Below, piece by piece: positions 53,867-64,000 of a stretch of 64,000 bases of DNA. The position numbers and the translations under genes are program-made. The notes beneath the pieces are model-generated. The model made no database searches and was not told the origin of the DNA. It was given only the letters and a program-made list of their open reading frames with translations. The DNA is from Hormiphora californensis (lineage: Eukaryota > Animalia > Ctenophora): assembly GCA_020137815.1 (NCBI GenBank), contig CM035359.1, positions 124,001 to 188,000 of the forward strand, written 5' to 3'. Every line of letters starts with the position of its first letter. The first letter of the stretch is position 1.

Positions 53867-56800
53867 TCATTTCATACCCTTATCCACTACCGCCATCAAT
53901 TTCTTATCGTTAGTATTGAGAATCTTCTGACAAGTCAGAGTAAAGACTCGCTCAAAGACGCGGGGTGGGGTGTTCGATGCGATGAGCTTTAACGTTATCT
54001 GGCCAGTTTTACCTGCAGGGATGATGTGTCACACTATATATGGGCGAAGACCTGTCTGGCGGTGTCAGACCCCAATTTGATTGTCAAATCTCAAAGTGCT
54101 TGACTGACTGGAGGCACTCGGGTTCTATACTGCCTATAATGTTTTACTTTGTGTGATGAGAATTGGGAGCCCTGGGATACCTGAATTGAAGAAGATCCAT
54201 TTCCCGTGAGCGGTAGACTTGATGAATGCGTTAGTCTGAAGAGCCTTCCATTGACCTGGCAGGGTTGGAATAATATTAGAGAAAGTGTACACATGGTTCA
54301 CACATCAGATCTGTTTAGACTATACCACCCTCGTGAAACCGAGACGCACTTACAAATAACTCGAGGTTTCCAGTCGGTGGGTTTTTAATTTTTATGGTGT
54401 TACGATGGGAAACACAAAATAGGTACTTTATGAATTATTTACCTTGGGTAAGCAGATGGGAGAAGCTGTTTAGAAGAAAGGAGAAGATGTTGGTGGCGAG
54501 AGAGAAGTATAGAAGGAACCAGAAGATAAGGAAAAAGTAACTGTTGACAACATTTGGGGCGAGGACACACAACCCTGAAAATGAGTGTTGAGTAACTGAA
54601 ACAAAACTAAAAATGGTGGGAATTTTGTAATGGTGCGGTAACATTGATCGGTTACAATGATATCATTTTAACATTACGAAATTCCCACAATCACTGTAAC
54701 CGATATCGGTTACAGTGATTGAGACCTGTACTGGGTTGTGTCGTGTTCGAACTTCGATGTTCGATGAAGGGGCTACCGTTGTTTTTTTGATAGAAAGAGA
54801 GAATCTGATTCTCTTTCTCTCAAAATAAACATGATACAGATTACAGTCGGACCCCGATTTACCGGGATACTCGGGGAAAGAGTTTTGCCTGGTATCCGTA
54901 TATCGGCGGTCAGAGCATTTTAATTGGCCTGACCCATTCTCGGAGCGTGCGAGAACTGTGGTCAGAGCATTGGCCTGACAGTATTATATCGGGGTACCCG
55001 GTATATCGAGGTACCCAGTATATCAGGGTCTGATTGCAGAACCATGCTCACTAAAACCTAAATTGACTGATTCGTGACGACGTGACCAGCTTGTCACTTA
55101 AAGTTAATGAGCTAGTCAAGATCTACTGATGATAATGTCTCGACAAGCTATCATTAACGAAATAATACCTTTCACTCTATGTCTCGTCGACACATCATCA
55201 TCATTGTCGGTTTTTGAAACTTGTTGAATTACACAAAAAAGTCTCTTAAACATCCCGCTTTAGCTTGAACCACTAGCACGATCAATCGTGACGTAAAAAG
55301 ACAGTACTTTTGAGTTTTGGGTTTTCGATTTTTCGACATTTCTCAACCCCTTGATAAGATTAAAACTTTGAGGTTGAAGGTTCGATTTAGTAGAGTTCTT
55401 TCTAACCTCCAAATTTAAAGTCTCTATCTCATCAAGGGGTGCAGTATTGGTGTGAAGTATCACGAAAGTGGGGGACATGATCAATGTCAATGTGGGGGAC
55501 ATGATCAGTGTTAATGTGGGGGACATGATCAGTGTCAATGTGGGGGACATGATCAGTGTCAATGTGGTGGACATGATCAGTGTCAATGTGGTGGACATGA
55601 TCAGTGTCAATGTCACAGTTGACCGCCCACTGATGTTTGTTGACGGGAGGCGCGGCGACAGGAACGTGTCAAAAGACTACACGCGCGCAGAGTACCGTGG
55701 GAAATTTGAGTGTTACTCCCACGGTTGGTTGGTGCGCTGACAAGCGTCAGTGTATCCAATTCAACCTACCACTTTCATCCACTAATCCAGTTGTTCCCCA
55801 CATTTTCACCTCACACGAGACCATCTTAGGAAACAATTTATCCACCGGATTGTTCAAGTTGCCTGAGGGAGTGACGGTTAGATTTAATTTTCTTAATTTG
55901 ATCTTACGAACTAGCTCACAGCGTGAGCTACACATACCTCAACCATGACCAATGTGAATTAGATCAGTACTAAAGCCTCAACAGTATTGTGATCATTTTG
56001 AAATCGAGCAATTTGTGTTCAAAATAATTTTGTAGGTTGTTGTGTAAACTTCAAAACTAAAGAAAGTTTTAGTTAGTTGCTAAAATTAACATTCCTCCAC
56101 TAACCTGGATTCGGCTTGCTGATGTAAGACAACCAGTCCGATCCATAGGTGAGAAAACTGGACACTTTAAATATCTGAAATAGCATGGTGCAGTCGGACC
56201 CCGAATTAACGGAACCCCAATTTACCAGGAGGATAAACTTCCCCAGATATTGGAAATTCACAGTACAATTTGGAACCAATATAATACCGGGCACCTCAAT
56301 TTACCGGGGAAAAAACCAGCTTCCCCGAGCATCCCGGTAAATCGAGGTCCGACTGTATATACTTGCCTGGCTAGACTGTGTTTCGGGCGCCCCGCCCCCG
56401 AATCTTTACAAATGTAAAGGGAGGGTTAGTACATAACAAGTATATACCTGGTTAGTGGCAATTAGAGTTCCTATCGTTAGGACCAGGTTGAGAAACTTAT
56501 TGGTAATAACCACGAAAACCAACCAGTGCTTCACTTTTATCAACTCTAGTGGTCCTGTATAATGGTTAGGTTGTGTTACTCAAAAGTTAAACGGTCCTGT
56601 TATTCAGTTATTGGGAGATGTTGTGTTACCCAAGTCTCGAATGCAGTCCTGTGTTATATGTAGTGGTAATTCCAAAAAGAAGCAAGGGATGTCAGGTGAT
56701 GTTTAGTTAGAATTGGGGTGCTTGAGAGAGGGATCATGAATCTACTCCACACCTTATCCCACCATGTCTCGTAGATATGACATTGACTCCACCTTATCCC

Positions 56801-59576
56801 AACATGTCTCAAAGATATGACATTGACTCCACCTTATCCCAACATGTCTCAAAGATATGACATTGACTCCACCTTACCCCACCATGTCTCGAAGATATGA
56901 CATTGACTCCACCTTCTTATCCCACCATGTCTCAAAGATATGACATTGACTCCACCTTACCCCACTATGTCTCGAAGATATGACATTGACTCCACCTTAC
57001 CCCACCATGTCTCAAAGATATGACATTGACTCCACCTTATCCTACCATGTCTCAAAGATATGACATTGACTCCACCTTACCCCAACATGTCGCGAAGATA
57101 TGACATTGACTCCACCTTACCCCACCATGTCTCAAAGATATGACATTGACTCCACCTTACCCCACCATGTCTCAAAGATATGACATTGACTCCACCTTAC
57201 CCCACCATGTCTCGAAGATATGACATTGACTCCACCTTACCCCACCATGTCTCAAAGATATGACATTGACTCCACCTTATCCCACTATGTCTCAAAGATA
57301 TGACATTGACTCCACCTTACCCCACTATGTCTCGAAGATATGACATTGACTCCACCTTACCCCACTATGTCTCAAAGATATGACATTAATGACACAGTGT
57401 CGCGCTTCGTCAGCAGACGTTTTCAATGTTCATAGTGTCCGATTGTCCGAAATCGGTCACAAGCTGAAATCTAGACAAACTTTTCTAATTCTCTTCCTTT
57501 ACATTCTGCTGTCTCTTTCTCTTTCTTGTTACAAGGTCACGTGATTAGATGTGGAACATCTCGACATGATAACAACGTCTAGTGTCACCGATTCGCTCTC
57601 TCTATCTGCTGAGTATAACTCTCTCGTCATGACGAAGAAGATGTGACTCTCTTCCTTTCTCTCTATTTCTGTGGCTATTATATCTCTTTCTCTCTCTCCC
57701 TCTCTTTCTCTTGTCATGACGAAGCGCCACGCTCTACCACACTCAGCACCACAGCTAGTCACGTGACCCTGTCAACGATTTCAGACACCATGATCACGTC
57801 TACTGACGAAGCGCCACACTTTGCCACACTCAGAACCAATTACAGAATCGGTGTAACACATTGCTTGGGGCTGATTACCCCCAGTAAGACACGTGATACG
57901 TGATACCTGAGTGCAAAAATGCTCCCAATTAGGCCGACCTACACCACTTTGCCGTGTTCCTGCGAAGGAACTAAAAAAGATATCGCCAAACCAAGCAGCC
58001 AAAAGTTAGTAAATTATCTAATCAACATATTGTGAAAGTTTGAGCTCTCTACCTCATCAGGTTGCAGAGATCTGAGCGCTCAAAGTTAGAGGAGGTTTTT
58101 GGGCTAAAGCTTCATTCAGGAACGACCGATTTTACTGAAATTCGAGTACAATAAATGGCAGGTAGCCATCTACCTTGTCCTAAAATTTCAGAGCAAAATA
58201 TTCACAACTTTTGACGCTATGTCGATTTGAACAGTCTCAGTCATTTAAAAACACACAGTATCTCGTTCATAATATCCTACAATTGCAATTTAGTATTTAC
58301 CCTTTGCGACCATGCACTCGCTGAGACGGCGTGATAACCATACCGCTGCTTTCTCAATCTTCTCCTTTTCTTCCGACTCAGACTCCACTTTTTTGCTATC
58401 CATACACATCAACTTGCCTGTGAGGAGTGCAGGGTTATCAGGAGCTCTCTGTTTGATCAAGGGGAGTGGTTATCAGGAGATGTCTGTCGGGTACCGATCA
58501 TATAAAATTTATAAGAAATATCAGAGAATCTGAACGTGGCCAGCGCCGCCCGACATGTCAATTATGACAGGTATGCCAGACTAAACTGGGTCGAGATTGT
58601 CAGACACTGACTGTACATCGCGCAACCTCGGCCCGGTGCGAAGAGGACGGTCTTATATGAGACAAGGTCGAGATATAGGAGCTGAGGATTGGTGACATTG
58701 GCACACGTGCAGAGAGTTCGAACTGTATGCCTCTTCTTCCTGGGTACCATTGCCACCTATTCGTGCAGTGTGAGAGTTTTTCACACACGAAGCGAGAATA
58801 GGTGGCAATGGTACCAGGGAAGATGATCGCCGCAGGAACCGACCGAAACAAGTAAACAACCAATCAGAACTCGTTATTTAGGTCACGTGATTGGTTATCA
58901 GCCAATCAGGGACCAGTATTTCCTGATTCGGTCGGTTCCTGAGGATCGGGCATACAAAGTTTTCAATAATAAACTATGCGGCCCATACTTATACTTGACA
59001 GCTCAAGACTAAAGTCTTGCAAGGCCTTGTGTATTATCTCAGCTATGTACAGTCTGGCGCCGCCGATCCAATCTGAGCGCACTGTCGAGAATTTGAGAAT
59101 CAAATCGAGGCCTGGCGCCGCTACACAGGCTAAGTAAGTACAAATTACTTCAATCCGTGATCGTCTGGATCATAATAGTCTGGAGATGTCAAGTAAGACA
59201 GCTTTAAACGATATAATTTATCTTCCTCCAAATTTGCGTTTCAATCTATTTGAACGTCACTGGTTAAGTTAGGTTGGGTCGGCACCGCCAGACACTGTCT
59301 GAGACTGTCAGTTGGTAATGAAATTATCCCTCCGGCCTCCACGCGAGCGCCCCAGTTACCAAGAGTAAGACTGTCAGAGCATTGACCTGACAGGTCTGAG
59401 ACAGATCACGAGCGAAAATACATGAAAACACTTACAGATGGGCTTGATTTCCCCAATGGGCGAGCTCTTATAGATCAGGTAGGGCAGCCAATAGAGAAAG
59501 GCCATGAGGAAGAAATAGAAGGGAATCCATTGGTACCAGAGGAGGTACACTTTAGTAACGTTCGGGTAGAGACCAT
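53867..59576 (-). CDS. Innexin (gap-junction protein), 3' eight exons: 59576-59436, 58417-58301, 56554-56448, 56174-56105, 55862-55770, 54574-54443, 54255-54181, 54012-53867; 5' exons lie beyond the window
   Basis: In-phase GT-AG joins give KVYLLWYQWIPFYF...LPYLIYK (innexin YQW signature/TM2), TM3 LVFVVITNKFLNLVL, FLTYGSDW, LFPKMVSCEVKMWGTTG...GLCVLAPNVVNSYFFLIFWF (EL2/TM4), and tail ASNTPPRVFE...DKGMK*. Confidence 0.92.
55468..55611. repeat. 24-bp minisatellite (gtgggggacatgatcagtgtcaat) x6, innexin intron
   Basis: Direct tandem copies. Confidence 0.92.
56743..57388. repeat. 40-bp minisatellite (actccaccttaccccaccatgtctcaaagatatgacattg), ~16 copies, innexin intron
   Basis: Period 40 read directly. 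Confidence 0.95.
58833..58941. mobile_element. 109-bp MITE with CAGGAACCGACCGAA TIRs (partial copies ~44677-44746, ~51320-51403)
   Basis: caggaaccgaccgaa...ttcggtcggttcctg; three copies in the window; resembles an abundant Pleurobrachia repeat as I recall it. Confidence 0.8.
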
Positions 59577-62500
59577 CTGGTACTATACCAGGGTAGGGTA
59601 CCTATAGTAGGGAGGTACACTTTAGTTGGGGTAGAGACCATCTGGTACTATACCAGGGTAGGGTACCTATAGTAGGGAGGTACACTTTAGTTAGGGTAGA
59701 GACCATCTGGTACTATACCAGGGTAGGGTACCTGTAGTAGGGAGGTACACTTTAGTTAGGGTAGAGACCATCTGGTACTATACCAGGGTAGGGTACCTGT
59801 AGTAGGGAGGTACACTTTAGTTAGGGTAGAGACCATCTGGTACTATACCAGGGTAGGGTACCTGTAGTAGGGAGGTACACTTTAGTTAGGGTAGAGACCA
59901 TCTGGTACTATACCAGGGTAGGGTACCTGTAGTAGGGAGGTACACTTTAGTTAGGGTAGAGACCATCTGGTACTATACCAGGGTAGGGTACCTATAGTAG
60001 GGAGGTACACTTTAGTTAGGGTAGAGACCATCTGGTACTATACCAGGGTAGGGTACCTATAGTAGGGAGGTACACTTTAGTTAGGGTAGAGACCATCTGG
60101 TACTATACCAGGGTAGGGTACCTGTAGTAGGGAGGTACACTTTAGTTAGGGTAGAGACCATCTGGTACTATACCAGGGTAGGGTACCTGTAGTAGGGAGG
60201 TACACTTTAGTTAGGGTAGAGACCATCTGGTACTATACCAGGGTAGGGTACCTGTAGTAGGGAGGTACACTTTAGTTAGGGTAGAGACCATCTGGTACTA
60301 TACCAGGGTAGGGTACCTATAGTAGGGAGGTACACTTTAGTTAGGGTAGAGACCATCTGGTACTATACCAGGGTAGGGTACCTGTAGTAGGGAGGTACAC
60401 TTTAGTTAGGGTAGAGACCATCTGGTACTATACCAGAGGTAGGGTACCTGTAGTAGGGAGGTACACTTTAGTTAGGGTAGAGACCATCTGGTACTATACC
60501 AGGGTAGGGTACCTGTAGTAGGGAGGTACACTTTAGTTAGGGTAGAGACCATCTGGTACTATACCAGGGTAGGGTACCTATAGTAGGGAGGTACACTTTA
60601 GTTAGGGTAGAGACCATCTGGTACTATACCAGGGTAGGGTACCTGTAGTAGGGAGGTACACTTTAGTTAGGGTAGAGACCATCTGGTACTATACCAGGGT
60701 AGGGTACCTATAGTAGGGAGGTACACTTTAGTTAGGGTAGAGACCATCTGGTACTATACCAGGGTAGGGTACCTATAGTAGGGAGGTACACTTTAGTTAG
60801 GGTAGAGACCATCTGGTACTATACCAGGGTAGGGTACCTATAGTAGGGAGGTACACTTTAGTTAGGGTAGAGACCATCTGGTACTATACCAGGGTAGGGT
60901 ACCTGTAGTAGGGAGGTACACTTTAGTTAGGGTAGAGACCATCTGGTACTATACCAGGGTAGGGTACCTGTAGTAGTAGGGAGGTACACTTTAGTTAGGG
61001 TAGAGACCATCTGGTACTATACCAGGGTAGGGTACCTGTAGTAGGGAGGTACACTTTAGTTAGGGTAGAGACCATCTGGTACTATACCAGGGTAGGGTAC
61101 CTATAGTAGGGAGGTACACTTTAGTTAGGGTAGAGACCATCTGGTACTATACCAGGGTAGGGTACCTGTAGTAGGGAGGTACACTTTAGTTAGGGTAGAG
61201 ACCATCTGGTACTATACCAGGGTAGGGTACCTAGTAGTAGGGAGGTACACTTTAGTTAGGGTAGAGACCATCTGGTACTATACCAGGGTAGGGTACCTGT
61301 AGTAGTAGGGAGGTACACTTTAGTTAGGGTAGAGACCATCTGGTACTATACCAGGGTAGGGTACCTGTAGTAGGGAGGTACACTTTAGTTAGGGTAGAGA
61401 CCATCTGGTACTATACCAGGGTAGGGTACCTGTAGTAGGGAGGTACACTTTAGTTAGGGTAGAGACCATCTGGTACTATACCAGGGTAGGGTACCTGTAG
61501 TAGGGAGGTACACTTTAGTTAGGGTAGAGACCATCTGGTACTATACCAGGGTAGGGTACCTGTAGTAGTAGGGAGGTACACTTTAGTTAGGGTAGAGACC
61601 ATCTGGTACTATACCAGGGTAGGGTACCTGTAGTAGGGAGGTACACTTTAGTTAGGGTAGAGACCATCTGGTACTATACCAGGGTAGGGTACCTGTAGTA
61701 GGGAGGTACACTTTAGTTAGGGTAGAGACCATCTGGTACTATACCAGGGTAGGGTACCTGTAGTAGGGAGGTACACTTTAGTTAGGGTAGAGACCATCTG
61801 GTACTATACCAGGGTAGGGTACCTGTAGTAGGGAGGTACACTTTAGTTAGGGTAGAGACCATCTGGTACTATACCAGGGTAGGGTACCTGTAGTAGGGAG
61901 GTACACTTTAGTTAGGGTAGAGACCATCTGGTACTATACCAGGGTAGGGTACCTGTAGTAGGGAGGTACACTTTAGTTAGGGTAGAGACCATCTGGTACT
62001 ATACCAGGGTAGGGTACCTATAGTAGGGAGGTACACTTTAGTTAGGGTAGAGACCATCTGGTACTATACCAGGGTAGGGTACCTGTAGTAGGGAGGTACA
62101 CTTTAGTTAGGGTAGAGACCATCTGGTACTATACCAGGGTAGGGTACCTGTAGTAGTAGGGAGGTACACTTTAGTTAGGGTAGAGACCATCTGGTACTAT
62201 ACCAGGGTAGGGTACCTGTAGTAGGGAGGTACACTTTAGTTAGGGTAGAGACCATCTGGTACTATACCAGGGTAGGGTACCTGTAGTAGGGAGGTACACT
62301 TTAGTTAGGGTAGAGACCATCTGGTACTATACCAGGGTAGGGTACCTGTAGTAGGGAGGTACACTTTAGTTAGGGTAGAGACCATCTGGTACTATACCAG
62401 GGTAGGGTACCTGTAGTAGGGAGGTACACTTTAGTTAGGGTAGAGACCATCTGGTACTATACCAGGGTAGGGTACCTGTAGTAGGGAGGTACACTTTAGT

Positions 62501-64000
62501 TAGGGTAGAGACCATCTGGTACTATACCAGGGTAGGGTACCTGTAGTAGGGAGGTACACTTTAGTTAGGGTAGAGACCATCTGGTACTATACCAGGGTAG
62601 GGTACCTGTAGTAGGGAGGTACACTTTAGTTAGGGTAGAGACCATCTGGTACTATACCAGGGTAGGGTACCTGTAGTAGGGAGGTACACTTTAGTTAGGG
62701 TAGAGACCATCTGGTACTATACCAGGGTAGGGTACCTGTAGTAGGGAGGTACACTTTAGTTAGGGTAGAGACCATCTGGTACTATACCAGGGTAGGGTAC
62801 CTATAGTAGGGAGGTACACTTTAGTTAGGGTAGAGACCATCTGGTACTATACCAGGGTAGGGTACCTGTAGTAGGGAGGTACACTTTAGTTAGGGTAGAG
62901 ACCATCTGGTACTATACCAGGGTAGGGTACCTGTAGTAGTAGGGAGGTACACTTTAGTTAGGGTAGAGACCATCTGGTACTATACCAGGGTAGGGTACCT
63001 GTAGTAGGGAGGTACACTTTAGTTAGGGTAGAGACCATCTGGTACTATACCAGGGTAGGGTACCTGTAGTAGTAGGGAGGTACACTTTAGTTAGGGTAGA
63101 GACCATCTGGTACTATACCAGGGTAGGGTACCTGTAGTAGGGAGGTACACTTTAGTTAGGGTAGAGACCATCTGGTACTATACCAGGGTAGGGTACCTAT
63201 AGTAGGGAGGTACACTTTAGTTAGGGTAGAGACCATCTGGTACTATACCAGGGTAGGGTACCTGTAGTAGGGAGGTACACTTTAGTTAGGGTAGAGACCA
63301 TCTGGTACTATACCAGGGTAGGGTACCTGTAGTAGGGAGGTACACTTTAGTTAGGGTAGAGACCATCTGGTACTATACCAGGGTAGGGTACCTATAGTAG
63401 GGAGGTACACTTTAGTTAGGGTAGAGACCATCTGGTACTATACCAGGGTAGGGTACCTATAGTAGGGAGGTACACTTTAGTTAGGGTAGAGACCATCTGG
63501 TACTATACCAGGGTAGGGTACCTGTAGTAGGGAGGTACACTTTAGTTAGGGTAGAGACCATCTGGTACTATACCAGGGTAGGGTACCTATAGTAGGGAGG
63601 TACACTTTAGTTAGGGTAGAGACCATCTGGTACTATACCAGGGTAGGGTACCTATAGTAGGGAGGTACACTTTAGTTAGGGTAGAGACCATCTGGTACTA
63701 TACCAGGGTAGGGTACCTGTAGTAGGGAGGTACACTTTAGTTAGGGTAGAGACCATCTGGTACTATACCAGGGTAGGGTACCTGTAGTAGGGAGGTACAC
63801 TTTAGTTAGGGTAGAGACCATCTGGTACTATACCAGGGTAGGGTACCTGTAGTAGGGAGGTACACTTTAGTTAGGGTAGAGACCATCTGGTACTATACCA
63901 GGGTAGGGTACCTATAGTAGGGAGGTACACTTTAGTTAGGGTAGAGACCATCTGGTACTATACCAGGGTAGGGTACCTGTACGGAGGGAGGTACACTTTA
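59542..64000. repeat. 65-bp satellite array, ~68 copies, continuing beyond the window; derived from an innexin intron-exon junction
   Basis: Unit gaggtacactttagttagggtagagaccatctggtactataccagggtagggtacct(g/a)tagtagg; occasional +tag variants. Confidence 0.97.

Noticed and set aside
59422-59607. Plus-strand 61-aa ORF
   Set aside because: Antisense shadow of the innexin WYQW exon.
56743-64000. CRISPR-like arrays (40-bp and 65-bp repeats)
   Set aside because: Head-to-tail repeats without unique spacers, no cas genes, eukaryotic context.

Overview
Repeat-rich eukaryotic genomic DNA, most likely from a ctenophore (Pleurobrachia-like). The assignment rests on three things recognised from memory, not searched: a ctenophore spliced-leader sequence, a ctenophore-type innexin, and a characteristic short repeat. 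Host genes rebuilt by hand from GT-AG phase-compatible exons: a Ser/Pro-rich protein with ELK/TCF-like motifs (-, 18.7-22.5 kb), a single-exon secreted acidic peptide (+, 32.7 kb), a 6-exon rhodopsin-class GPCR (+, 46.3-49.1 kb), and the last 8 exons of an innexin (-, 53.9-59.6 kb). Mobile DNA includes a full-length CR1-group LINE (-, 23.5-28.0 kb), two truncated LINE ends, and many MITE/foldback elements with visible target-site duplications (TSDs). Main results: (1) the LINE starts with a 41-nt spliced-leader sequence, so it looks like a reverse-transcribed trans-spliced RNA; (2) its ORF2 has no usable AUG, overlaps ORF1 in the -1 frame, and the overlap starts with a G_GAU_UUU slippery heptamer; (3) the >4.4 kb 65-bp satellite at the window end is an amplified innexin intron-exon junction, giving about 68 decoy splice acceptors each followed by an in-frame stop. 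Positions 1-10.6 kb (noisy tandem duplication) and 15.7-18.1 kb (homopolymer runs) look like low-quality assembly.
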